NCBI GenBank assembly: GCA_963575745.1 | Contig: CAUYUJ010000004.1 | Location: forward strand, 1 to 64,000 | Origin: Prorocentrum cordatum | Lineage: Eukaryota | Direction of reading: 5' to 3' | DNA: 64,000 nt | Part shown: one piece after another, positions 52,783 through 63,819 of the stretch | Numbering within the stretch: the stretch's first letter is position 1 | How the letters are laid out: each line of letters opens with the position of its first letter | The notes under the pieces: generated by a model | Told to the model about the DNA's origin: nothing | What the model saw: only the letters and a program-made list of their open reading frames with translations | Databases searched by the model: none | Program-made: the position numbers and the translations under genes

Positions 52783-53341
52783 CCCGCCCTGACAATTGGC
52801 TTCGGGGTTCGGCAGGGAGAAATTATTCATAAGGAAAAGACTGAAGGAGGAGGAGGAGGAGGAGGAGGAGGAGGAGGAGAAGGCGGACGAAGAGGAGGAG
52901 GAGGAAGACGAGGAGGCGGGGCAAGGAGGAGGAGGAGAGGCACTGGCACTGGCACTGGCCAGGCCCATCCTGGGCCCAGGAGCGGGGGGGTCAGGGCCAG
53001 GGGTGGGTGGACCTCGTGGCGGGGGCCACGAGACCTCCCCGGGTGCACAGACCCCTCGCGCTCTGAAAATATCACGACGGGAGGTTTTTCGCTAGTTTCG
53101 GTCTCCGGGAGGCCCTTCCCAGGACCCAGGACCGTCAAAAAATGACACAGGACGAAACATTGGTGCCGGGGAAGGGGTCCAGAACTCTGGGAGTCAACGT
53201 CATGGGTGTGCGGGGCACGTGAATGAGTGATGGGAGGTCTTGAGTGTCGGTGCCCTTTTGAAGTCCCATTTCGTTCTGCCCCGTAGGTTTGATCCCGTGG
53301 AATGCGCGGTCGAAATGCTGAGAACCAAATTTTTTGACCGA

Positions 53342-53361
53342 TCTGTAGCTTCTGGCTCAAG
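53342..53361 (+). promoter_or_regulatory. DinoSL-like motif before E2 ORF0
   Basis: tctgtagcttctggctcaag: 18 matches to the 22-nt SL with a 2-nt gap; 22 nt before the ATG at 53384. Confidence 0.55.
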
Positions 53362-53383
53362 AATCAGAGCAAGGTCTCTTTTG

Positions 53384-53872
53384 ATGCTGCCATCGCACCT
53401 CTCAGCGACGTTGCTGTCGGTGGGGTTGATCTTGCGGGGGGCATTGCATTGGCATCTGCTCTCCGAGGTTGACCACGTTGTCAACTACGCTGTTGAAGAG
53501 GCCGTGGAGCGCATCGAGAACGTGACGGTCAAGAGCCTAGTGTGCCCGGCGAGTCTGGGACCCTCTGACTTTCCTGACTGTCCGGACTGCGTGTGTCCGG
53601 CCTGCGTGTGCCCAGCTCCCTCGCCCTGCCCGCCGATTGGCTGGGCGGACGTCGCGGACCAGATCGACTTGCACAGCAAGCGTCCAGACGAGAACAACTC
53701 CTTCTTGATCGGCTTCGGGGCGGGCGTAGTCTTCACCACGTTCCTCGTCGCCGGTTACTCCGCTTGCAGGCGGGAAGCACCACTACGTCGTAGCCATGGC
53801 GATGGCGGTCATGGTCGATGTGCGCCGGGACGCTCAGGGACGGTCTCTGAGCCTCGCGGAGTTCTACGATAA
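53384..53872 (+). CDS. E2 ORF0: 162-aa putative membrane protein with CPxC repeats
   Basis: LSATLLSVGLILRGALHW...CPDCVCPACVCPAPSPCPP...FLIGFGAGVVFTTFLVAGYSAC-RR; intact. Confidence 0.7.
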   Translation: MLPSHLSATLLSVGLILRGALHWHLLSEVDHVVNYAVEEAVERIENVTVKSLVCPASLGPSDFPDCPDCVCPACVCPAPSPCPPIGWADVADQIDLHSKRPDENNSFLIGFGAGVVFTTFLVAGYSACRREAPLRRSHGDGGHGRCAPGRSGTVSEPRGVLR

Positions 53873-55251
53873 GATCCGGGTTGGTCAGAGCCTGGCCTTG
53901 CACTACCCGGGCGAGCCGAACTGGATGGAGAGAGTGCTCATCTGCGCGGGACCGGTGTCCGGCGGCCGCCGGACCAGCAGTTGGTTCGGGATGACTCCCG
54001 ACCTAGACGTGTACGAGGAGGACATCACGGGCGAAGGCGACATGTGTGACGGTGTGGTGGTCCTGGACGACGATGGCCGTACGCCGGCTTTCCTGCGGGG
54101 GAAGTTCTACCGCTTCCGGGACGAGGACTATTTGGGGGACGACGAGCTGAAAGCGAAGTGCCGGGACATCGCTGCCTCCCTGCGGGCGCATCAGGAGCCA
54201 GGGGATATGCCTTACTTCTTGAATTACGAGGGGGAGGTCAAGCCCTTGGCTGGCGTCAGCCGGCGCACTCTTGCGAGGGGCGCCCGAGGAGCCGCAGCTG
54301 CGGGCTCTGCGGACGCCCAAGGGGGGGGCTCCAGACCAGCCCGCCATTAGGGCGGGGTGCGTTTGGGTGATGGCGGAGGTCGGCGCCTTCGCCGCCGTCG
54401 GCACGGAGGTCAGCCTCGGCCCCAAGTCGGTGATCATCAGCGATCGCGACGCCCTTGTCGAGGACAACGGGTCCCTCTGGCGGGTCCAGGCGATGCCCGT
54501 CGTCGAGGCCCCGAACTTCGCCGAGAAGGTGCTCGATCGGGTCCGGAAGGTCGTCGAGCCCCTTGCTCCTGCGGGGCCGCCCGCGGGCTCGGGCCAGGCC
54601 CCGCCGATCGCGGAGGACGACTGTCGCACTCTCTGGGTGGACGTCGACGAGCAGGGGTCCCGTTTTAAGAGCTGGCGGAAGTTGTGCACCGAGCTGTACC
54701 AAGAACCCCTGAAGTCAGATGACGTGCTGGGGCCTCCTGGAGCCATCCACCTCTGCAAGCACATGCAGCGGTATGGGGGCTGCCCTCGGAGGTGGGCCTT
54801 GGATTTTCTCTGAGACCGGGGAATCCAGCGCAGCGACCAGGTCTACCATGAACTCGTCGCCTGGTGCGAGGTCCTCAAGCTGCTGGGCGAATATGACCAG
54901 CTGAACCTGGGGGCCCTGGCTGGGGTGCAGAAGCTGACCAGGAGGGTGAACGGCATCATCGAGGCGTACGGCTCCCCGGGGGCCGTGAGCTGGCGGATGG
55001 CAGGGGTGCTGGAAGGAACGGCCAGCCACCTCGACGCCATTAGCCCCGCGCTGCGGCAGTGGGGCGTTCGGCGCATCAAGGACCAGAACGAGCTGGAGGC
55101 GGGCCGCAGCAGAGTGGCTCCGCCGACGCAGGATGGCGAAGGGGCGCTTGAAGGCGCCGGAGACGTCTCTGGGCGCGGCCGAGGCCGCGGCGGCGACCGG
55201 GGGAGAGGGCGCGGACGGTCAGCAGCCCGAGCCCCTGGAGATGGAGGTTGA
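53796..55251 (+). pseudogene. E2 gag-like ORF (frameshift near the G-run at 54321-54328; in-frame TGA at 54811)
   Basis: TPDLDVYEE; RTLWVDVDEQGSRFKSW; YDQLNLGALAG; GR-rich tail. Confidence 0.72.
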
Positions 55252-57568
55252 GAGAGGCCGTCGGGGCGGAGGAGAGGCTCCCGCCTCCGCCCCGTTGCAT
55301 GTTGGGAGTGGCAGGCTGCCCTGGTCTGCCAATTCGCGTCGGCTGTTCCCGCTAGAGTCAGGAGTCGTGGACGAGCCGTTGCCGAGAGAGGCCGGGGGTC
55401 GCACCCTGGGTCGTCAGAGGCGGCCGCGGCACATAGCGGGCCTAGTCAATGACGCAGTGCACTCGCTTAATTGGTTGGCAGGCGATCGATCGGAAAAGTC
55501 ACTTGCCCACTCTGCTGAAGCGGTCCGTCCATTACCCCCTTCGTCGAAGACTTCGTCGTCGGCGTCGGGATGGAGGAGGGCGGGCGCGGGCTTCGGGGTG
55601 ATGGGCGACATGGGCGAGGCGACCGTCGATCACCTCACCGACCTCGCCGGTCTGTTTTGCCCCCCGGGGGGGAATCCAGATTACCGGCCGCCGGAAGCCG
55701 CCTTGCGAGAGCTGCTCCGGGATCGCCCCGGTGGATGCGATGCCACTGGGGCGCCGACAGCGTTGGCCCCCTGTCGACAGGGCCTGGTGTCCCTTCCGGA
55801 TCCCGTGGACAAGATAGCCAGAATCGAGGATCTTGTGGGGGCCCGAGGCAGTTACTTTCTCGAGAGGGACGGTGAGCGAATGTTGGGCAACAGCACGAAC
55901 AATGAGAACTGATGGGGGAATGAACGAGATCGTCGATATGTTGTCCCGCACCTGGTTGGCAACAAGAGGCGTTATGCCCGATTTGTACGTGATCTTCGAA
56001 AACGCGGCCTCGTTAGATTCGGCCTCACTGTCGAGGAAGAGTGCGGGGTTTTCTTTGTCAAGAAGAAAAGCGGGCGCTTGCGCATGATATTGGATCCCCG
56101 GCGCGGCAGCGCGAGGTTTGCTGAGCCGCCCAAGGTGGACCTCGTGACCGCAGAGGGGCTGGGCAGAATTGCGGATGCGAAGGACGCCTTCCGCAGGATG
56201 GCCATGCCCGAGTGGCTCTCGAGATACTTCGGCCTCCCCGCCCTGCCGGCCAGCGCCCTGGGCCTCACTTTCGTCGACGGGGTCCGCGTCGGCCCCGACG
56301 CATTGGTTCGCCCGATGCCGACGTGTCTGCCCATGGGCTTCAGCTGGTCGTTGTTGCTTGCCCAGGATGCCGACGAGGTGTCTGCGTCGTCGGTGCTTCC
56401 CCGGGCCGAGCTTCTCACAGATCGCGGGAGGCCCTTGGCATTGTCGGTGGCCGAGCCCGAGAGAACCCGCCATTACGTTTATGTCGACAACGTCGGTGTC
56501 TTCGGATTCAGCATGTCCGTCGTTTCGGAACGCCTCGACAGTGTGGTGGAGTCTTTCGAGCGCCGGGGGCTCCAAATCCACGAGAAAGACATCAGCGCTG
56601 ACGGCGTCGAGGCCCTCGGGGTGCTCCTGAACGGACGAAGAGCCCGCGCCCGGATCACGACGAAACGGTTCTGGCGGGTTCGCGGGGCGCTCGTGGCACT
56701 TGCTCGGCAGCGTCGTGTGACGGGCAGGGAAGTCGAGGTGGTGATCGGCCACGCTACTTTTTGCGGTCTGCTGCGGGGTGAAACCCTCAGTGCTTTTAGC
56801 ACAGTGTATGCTTTTATACATAAGTACTATAACATTCCCGCTGATCTCTGGCCCTCCGCCCGCGAGGAGTTGCGGGCTTTCGCTGGTTTAATGGTGATGC
56901 TAGTCAGCTCCTGGGCCCTACCCTGGAACACCTATGTCATCTCCTCCGACGCATGCGCTACGGGGTTCGGAGTAACCGCGCGCCGTGCGCGAGCGTCTCT
57001 TGTGCCCTCCGTTGGCCGTGTCCGCGAGCGAGACCGATATTTAACCAAGGGGCACGTGGCGGCCCGCGAAGCGGCCCTCGGTGCTCTCGGCCTCTTGAGC
57101 CCCCCCCCGCCGGGGGCCCTGGAGGGGCTCCCCCGGGGCGATTTGGTCCAGGGCCAGAGTTTTTCGGAAGTGCCCGGGGAGCTCTTGGAGGAAGACAAAT
57201 GGTCCGTCGTCGGAGCTTGGCCGCTTGAATTCCAGGAGGACATAATGGTGTTGGAAGCCAGGGCCGTGCTCAGAGCTGTAGAAAGGATCCTTCATTCCGA
57301 GCCAGGGCGCAACATGCGGCAGCTGACTCTCTGCGACAATTTGGGTCTCACCTCGAGCATTTCCAGGTGGCGTTGTTCATCGTTCCCAGTTCTGGTGGTT
57401 ATCCGCCGCATTGCCGCCATTTGTTTAGCCAGGAACGTGCGCCTCAGCGTCCGATGGATCCCCACAGAAGTGAGCACATCGGATGCGCCGCCCTGGGTTT
57501 TCGAGCCAGGGCCCCCCCCCGAAAGAGGCCCCTCGAGCTTTCGACGGCGGCGCCCCGGTGCGTTTTGA
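55241..57568 (+). pseudogene. E2 reverse transcriptase / RNase H (frameshifts near 55900-56000)
   Basis: GVFFVKKKSGRLRMILDPR; DAKDAF; LPMGFSWS; YVDN at 56480-56491. RNase H: SSDACATGFG, LEARA, CDNLG, RWIPTE..TSDAP. Confidence 0.92.
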
Positions 57569-57836
57569 AGGGCAGGAGGTTTCGAACGAAGTGGGCCAGG
57601 CACCACGGCCCGAATCGCCCCTCAGCACCGCGCCCCATGAGAAGCTGCGCATTTCTCTTTTTGATGCTTTGCGTTTGGATGGGCATGAGAACCGCGAGAG
57701 ACCTCGGCGGCCGCTCGGCCAGCAGTGCCAGAGTGGCCTGACCAAACCGTATGTATGCCTTGGAGTGAGCAGTCGGTCAGGCGCCCCTTCTGAACCCGAG
57801 CTGGAAAACAGCGCACATCGATGTCGCCCCTCCCCT

Positions 57837-57858
57837 TCCGTAGCCGTTGTGGCTCAAG
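57837..57858 (+). promoter_or_regulatory. Near-perfect DinoSL motif upstream of the YR ORF
   Basis: tccgtagccgttgtggctcaag, 20/22 ungapped to TCCGTAGCCATTTTGGCTCAAG; 45 nt before the ATG at 57904. Confidence 0.8.
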
Positions 57859-57903
57859 CGCCGGGCTGCGAGCAAACGTTGGCCAGCTTCCCATTCCTTC
57901 ACG

Positions 57904-59328
57904 ATGTCTTCCCGATGCGGGCGTGCTCCTGGCCCCGCTGGCCCGAGGCCCCTTGCCAGGGTGGCCGAGGCGGGGCCGTCGCGCCGCCGCGTGTTGCCGC
58001 GGAGTCAGGAGGGGGCTGCGGCAGCGAGCGCCCAGGCCGGCCCGGCCGCGAAGCTGACTCGCACCCTCGCTTCGGCGACCGAAGCGGCGGGGGGCCAGGC
58101 CGTGAGGAGCCGGGTGCGGGCAGCCCTGCACCACCGCGGGGTGCAGTCTGTCCTGCAGGCGAGCCGCGGCCTTCGGGGCCCTCCGCAGCCCGTGGACCAG
58201 CTGGTCGAGGAGCTGACCGTGCCTGGGCCGGCTCCGCGCGACGAGATGGCGGACAGTTCGTCGACCGAGGCCGAGTCGGCTGCTCCTGCGGCGGCCCCCC
58301 GAGCGCGGGCCCCCCCGAGGGGAGGGAAGAGGCAGCTGGACAGGTGGCTCGGCGAGGTCTTGGACGCACAGGTTGCCCACCTCACAGCCGGGGAGCTGAA
58401 TTCAGTGAAGGCGCGGACCCGGGAGCACTATGTCAAGGAGCTCCGGGGCTTCGCGGAGTGGGCCGGAGTGAGGCTAGTGACGGACTTGGCCACGCGCGAG
58501 CTCGACTCCAAGCTGGTCCTGTACGTGCAGGACCTCATTGTCCAGGGGGAGCATGCTTCGCGAGGCATGAAGTTGCGGGAAGCTGTCATGTTTGCCTGCC
58601 CAGAGGTGTCGAAGCTGGGGTCGGCTGGGCTGCCGAGGAGCTGGCGCGCCCTGAAGGGCTGGTCGAAAGCGACGCTGGGCCGGTCCAGACTTCCCGAGGC
58701 CCACCCGGTGTGGGCGGGGATCATGCACCAGCTCGTGGGGCAAGGGCAGGCGGATATGGCAGTTTTTCTCTTGATGATGCTTTCGTCGTATGCCCGGCCA
58801 GGGCAGATGATGAGACTGCGGCCTTCTACGCTGCTGCCGCCGTCGCACGTCGCCGGGCACTGGGCCCTCCTCCTGAATCCGGAGTCCGAGGGGGTCCCGT
58901 CGAAGGCCGGCGAGTTCGACGTGGGCGTCGAGCTAGACCAAGAGATCTGGAAGGACCTCGGCCCTCTGCTGGAGGGGCTGCGGCAGCTCCCAGCAGGGCG
59001 ATATCTCTGGCGCTTCACATACCCGAGTTTCGCGAAGGCCTTCAGCCAGGCTGCCCGGGACCTGGGGTTGCAGGTTGTTCCCTACCAGGCTCGGCACAGC
59101 GGAGCGTCGATCGACGCCGCTACCCGGCGCCGCCCGTTGCACGAGAGAAAAAAGCGAGGCGGGTGGCGGTCGGTTAAGTCCGTGGCGAGGTACGAGAAGA
59201 GCGCCCGGCTGACGCAGACGTGGATGGCCCACGCGCCCCAGCACCGGGTGCACCTGGAGCGGTGCAGCGAGACGCTCGTCGACTGCATCCTGCACGGCGT
59301 CGTCACGCCTTGGCACCCTTTGCGTTAG
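57904..59328 (+). CDS. E2 tyrosine recombinase, apparently intact
   Basis: YARPGQ, SKAGEFD, YQARHSGAS, GGWRS...RYEK (Tyr at 59191); no stops. Confidence 0.92.
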   Translation: MSSRCGRAPGPAGPRPLARVAEAGPSRRRVLPRSQEGAAAASAQAGPAAKLTRTLASATEAAGGQAVRSRVRAALHHRGVQSVLQASRGLRGPPQPVDQLVEELTVPGPAPRDEMADSSSTEAESAAPAAAPRARAPPRGGKRQLDRWLGEVLDAQVAHLTAGELNSVKARTREHYVKELRGFAEWAGVRLVTDLATRELDSKLVLYVQDLIVQGEHASRGMKLREAVMFACPEVSKLGSAGLPRSWRALKGWSKATLGRSRLPEAHPVWAGIMHQLVGQGQADMAVFLLMMLSSYARPGQMMRLRPSTLLPPSHVAGHWALLLNPESEGVPSKAGEFDVGVELDQEIWKDLGPLLEGLRQLPAGRYLWRFTYPSFAKAFSQAARDLGLQVVPYQARHSGASIDAATRRRPLHERKKRGGWRSVKSVARYEKSARLTQTWMAHAPQHRVHLERCSETLVDCILHGVVTPWHPLR

Positions 59329-59907
59329 TGCAAGACGGGCATCGGGCCGAGTTCCTCGCTTTTGGACCGAATGCCCAGCGGGTTGCTGCCGCTCTCCGCC
59401 GCCAGGGATTTGAGAGTCGAGGCAACAGCTGGGAATCTGTGTCGCGTCGGTCGGCCGTGCGTTTCATCTCGATGATTCAGCGCTCTCAGGTCCTGGGCGT
59501 GTTTCTAGACCTCACAGCCGGATTCGATGGGTGTATCCCGAGCCGTCTGATTGATGTGTTGTCGGTTGATGGTGCCTTGCCTCTGCGTGTACTATCCTGA
59601 CTCCCTGTCGTCGCTTGCGTCGGTGTCAAAACGACTAACCGATGACAGTTTTCATCATGTGAAGTGCCATTCGTGCGGCTACGGAGGCGTTTCCCGGGAA
59701 GCCTTTTATTTCTGCGCCTTCGGCTTGGCACTTGAAGATCTTGGCCGGCTCACCCGGCAGTGCCGCGGAGCGCACTCATATTGCGGTTTCCGGTGCCCTC
59801 CTCGGCGCCACAGTCGGACCTTCACGAGGCTATTTCCGCTCGCTCTCTGCGACGCGGTCGCTTTTTCCCTCGCTTCTCTGCCTCGGTCCCTCTACCTACA
59901 AGTGTGA
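59316..59907 (+). pseudogene. E2 methyltransferase-like ORF lacking catalytic motifs (one frameshift near 59550)
   Basis: Aligns by eye to the E1 MTase (CCRL.VP, CGYG, L...CRG....C...RH, FP..LC), but the G-loop, PC and ExP motifs are absent. Confidence 0.55.
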
Positions 59908-60176
59908 ACAGTTCCTGACTTGGGGAACCGAATTGGGGGATCGAGGTCGGCCGGACTGCCCCGAGGACCGGTGGTCAGCCGCGGCTTTTGCACATCAGAT
60001 CTTATAATTTATAGTGCTGGCGTCCAGCGCGCTGCGACGTAGGCCACGCCGGACTGCAAAGAAAGTGATCCGCAAAAAGAGTTTCAACATCTATCATGAA
60101 AATATCATGACGTCGGGGGTTTGGGAGGGTGGGTGGACCTCGTGGCGGGGGCCACAAGGCCTCCCCGAGTATTTCT

Positions 60177-60412
60177 AGGCCTCCTAGATGGGGTCGGGGC
60201 AGATGGGGTCGGTGCATCGTGCCGCATCGCCGATGCATCGCCGATGCGGCTCGATGTGGGGCCCGGTTTGCTTCACAACGACGTCGCTGATGTATCGCCG
60301 ACGACGATGCATCGCCAGTGCATCGCCGATGCATCGCCGATACATCGGCGATGCGTTGGCGATGCGACGCGATCCCCCGACCCCATCTACCCAGACCCCA
60401 TCTGGGAGGCCT
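60177..60412. mobile_element. MITE with about 36-bp TIRs and internal gatgcatcgcc repeats
   Basis: aggcctcctagatggggtcggggcagatggggtcgg / ccgaccccatctacccagaccccatctgggaggcct; TSD unresolved. Confidence 0.75.
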
Positions 60413-61834
60413 CTAGGTCACGGCCAGGGCTGGGTGGATCTCGTGGCGGGGCCACGAGACCTCCCCAGACACCGTGGCCCCTCGTCTCCTCTCGGGGCCG
60501 TCCCGCTGGCCACTCCGCCCGTCTCGTCCGCGCGCGTGCCTCCTCGGGCCGTGATGTGCGGGCCCTCCTCTCGGACGCCCCCTCTCGGGGGCGGCAAAGA
60601 GGGGGGTGATGACTAGGCGGGGGGGTGGATATCATGGCGGGGGTCATGATATTTCCTCAGATTTTATAGCGCCTCTTCTTATTTCCTTACGTCCCTGGTC
60701 CCCCCCCGCTGGGTCGCGCACATGCCGCCGGTCATGATTTGCACCCCCCTCTTGGACACCCCCCTCGTGGCCGCTCCCGACCCTCGGACGCCCCCGAGGA
60801 GAGTTGGCGCCCCCCGATCTTCCCCCGTGCCGAGGTTCGGAAGCTGGGCGAGGGCTGGCAAATCCGTGGCTGCCAAAACGGTCTTCCTGGACGGAACAAA
60901 CACTCCCGGAAGCAATTTCAGCGCGATGCATGGTAAGCGGGCCGCGTCCCGGGAGAGAATTATGCTAACGGAGTTCCCCACATAAAGATATTAACGGTTT
61001 CGTGGGACCCATGGGGTACGACAACATCATTACGAAGCAGAAGATCATCGAACGAGTAAGTACGCACGAAAGGGCAGACGAAAGAAAGGAGGAGGGAGGA
61101 CAGGTGCTCAGGAAACGAAGCCTTGTAAATAGTACGGTTTCTTGATACCCTCCTCGCTCTGGCGGGGCCCCGCTGGAATGGGGGAGGGCTACGAAACCTG
61201 GTAAAGAGTAATGCTTTCCGCGACCCTCCTCGTTCAAGCGCGGCCTCTCTGGAGGAGTGGAGGGGGGACACGAAACCGTGTAAACTGCATTGTTTTCCGA
61301 TACCCTCCTGGAGGAGGAGGAGGAGGAGGAGGAGGAGGAGGAGGAGGAAGAGGATAAGATAGATGATGGTGAAGAGCAGCAGCAGGAACCGCAGCAGGAG
61401 CAGCAGCGGGACGATGACCAGGAGTATGAACATGAAAAGGAGGAAGGTCGGGCGGGCGGGTGAGTCGCCCAAGCGTCCAAGGTCCGATTCGTGAGGTTGG
61501 TCTGGGCGGTCTCTTTTTCCTCGTCCTTCCTCCTCCTCCCCCTCCTCCTCCTCCTCCTCCTCCTCCTCCTCCTCCTCTGTCTTCGCCCTCGTCGGTGCCG
61601 TAGTCGTCGTCGGCAGCGTCGGCGTCGCCGTCTTCCTCAGGCGGGCCCTAAAGGCGGGCCCTGAAGTATGGATTACCATCGACTTGGCACGCATGTACCC
61701 CTCCTCCTCCTCCTCCTCCATCTCCCCCTTCTCTTCCTCTGCTTGTTCTTCGTTGTCGTCGTCGTCGTCATCATCAGCATCATCGGCATCATCATAGCCG
61801 TCATCATCACCAGCATCGTCGTCGTCATCATCAG

Positions 61835-61910
<76 letters not shown>

Positions 61911-62065
61911 CCATGAGCATCATCAGCAGCATCATCATCCTCATCATCATCGTAATCATCTGCATCGTCAGCATCATCAGCATCATCGGCATCATCATAA
62001 CCATCATCACCATCCTCATCATCCTCATCATCATCATCGTCGTCGCCATCATCGTCATCATCACC

Positions 62066-62110
<45 letters not shown>

Positions 62111-62551
62111 GTCATCATCATCACCATCACCGTCCTTGGCATCATCATCGTCCGCATCATCGTGGACGTCATCATCATCAGCATCATCGTCGTCATCATC
62201 ATCAACAGCACCAGCAGCGTCAGCATCAGCAGCAGCATCGTCATCATCACCAGCATTTGCATCATCATCCTCGTCGTCGTCGTCGTCGTTGTCATCATCG
62301 TCATCGTCATCATCATCATCATCATCAGCATCATCATCATAATCGCCGTTATCGCCATCGTCATCGTCCATCACCATTATCGCCATCGTCATCGTCATCG
62401 TGAACAGCAGCATAACCATCGTCATCACCATCATCATGATGAAACCTTCCTCATCGCAGAACTGCCCCTCCTCCTCACCCTCCTCAGTGGGAGGAGTAGG
62501 ACGTGAGATGGATAGGTAATGTTCTCCCCTCCTCCTCACCCATGTCAGTGT

Positions 62552-63812
62552 GAGGGGCACGAATCCATTTGAATAGTATGGGTTTCCGACACCCTCCTCG
62601 CTCAGACGGGGCTTCCCTGGAGTGGTGGGAGGGGCACGAAACCATGAAAATAGTATCAGGCGGGCTTCCTTGGAGGGGTGGGAGGGGCACGAAACCATGT
62701 AAATAGTATGGGTGTCTGATGCCCTCCTCGCTCAGGCGGGGCCTCCCTGGAGAGGTGAGAAGGGCACGAAACCATGTAAATAGCATGGGTTTCCGATACC
62801 CTCCTCGCTCAGGCGGGGCCTCCCTGGAGAGGTGGGAAGGGCACGAAACCATGTAAACAATATGAGTTTCCGATGCCCGCCTCGCTCAGGCGGGGCCTCC
62901 TTGGATGGGGTGGGAGGAGCACGAAACCATGTAAACAATATGAGTTTCCGATACCCTCCTCGCTCAGGCGGGCCCCCCCTGGAGGGGTGGGAGGGGCACG
63001 AAACCATTTGAATAGTATGGGTTTCCGATGCCCTCCTCGCTCAGGCGGAGGCTCCATGGAGGGGAGGGAGGGGCACGAAACCATGTAAATAGTATGGGTT
63101 TCCAATACCCTCCTCGCTCAGGCGGGGCCTCCCTGGAGAGGTGGGAGGGGCACGAAACCATATAAATAATATGAGTTTCCGATACCCGCCTCGCTCAGGC
63201 GGGGCCTCCCTGGAGGGGAGGGAGGGGCACGAAACCATGTAAATAGTATGGATTTCCGATACCCTCCTCGCTCAGGCAGGCCTCCCTGGAGAGGTGGGAA
63301 GGGCACGAAACCATGTAAGTAGTATGGGTTTCCGATAACCTCCTCGCTCAGGCGGGGCCTCCCTGGAGGAGTGGGAGGAGCACGAAACCATGTAAATAGT
63401 ATTGGTTTCCGATGCCCTCCTCGCTCAGTCGGGGCCTCCCTGGAGGGGTGGGAGGGGCACGAAACCATTTGAATAGTATGGGTTTCCGATACCTTCCTCG
63501 CTCAGACGGGGCCTCCCTGGAGGGGTGGGAGGGGCACGAAACCATCTAAATAGTATGGGTTTCCGATACCCTCCTCGCTCAGGCGGGGCCTCTCTGGAGG
63601 GGTGGGAGGAGCACGAAACCTAGTAATTAGTATGGGTTTCCAATACCCTCCTCGCTCAGGCGGAGGCTCCCTGGAGGGGAGGGAGGGGCACGAAACCATG
63701 TAGATAGTAATTACGGGCTTCCGACACCCTCCTCGCTCAGGCGGGGCCTCCCTGGAGGGGCGGGAGGGGCACGAAACCTAGTAAATAGTGTGGTACTCCG
63801 ATGCCCTGCTCG
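62552..63812. repeat. 77-bp tandem satellite, about 16 units
   Basis: Unit gggcacgaaaccatgtaaatagtatgggtttccgataccctcctcgctcaggcggggcctccctggaggggtgggagg; diverged units also at about 61110-61310. Confidence 0.95.
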
Positions 63813-63819
63813 CTCTTGC

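Larger units (their letters stand above)
53072..60112 (+). mobile_element. E2: tyrosine-recombinase retrotransposon, divergent from E1
   Basis: ORF0, gag-like, RT/RNase H, YR and MTase-like ORFs in the same order as E1. Bounded by tgaaaatatca(c/t)gacg direct repeats (53064-53079, 60097-60112). The ends are inferred. Confidence 0.88.
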
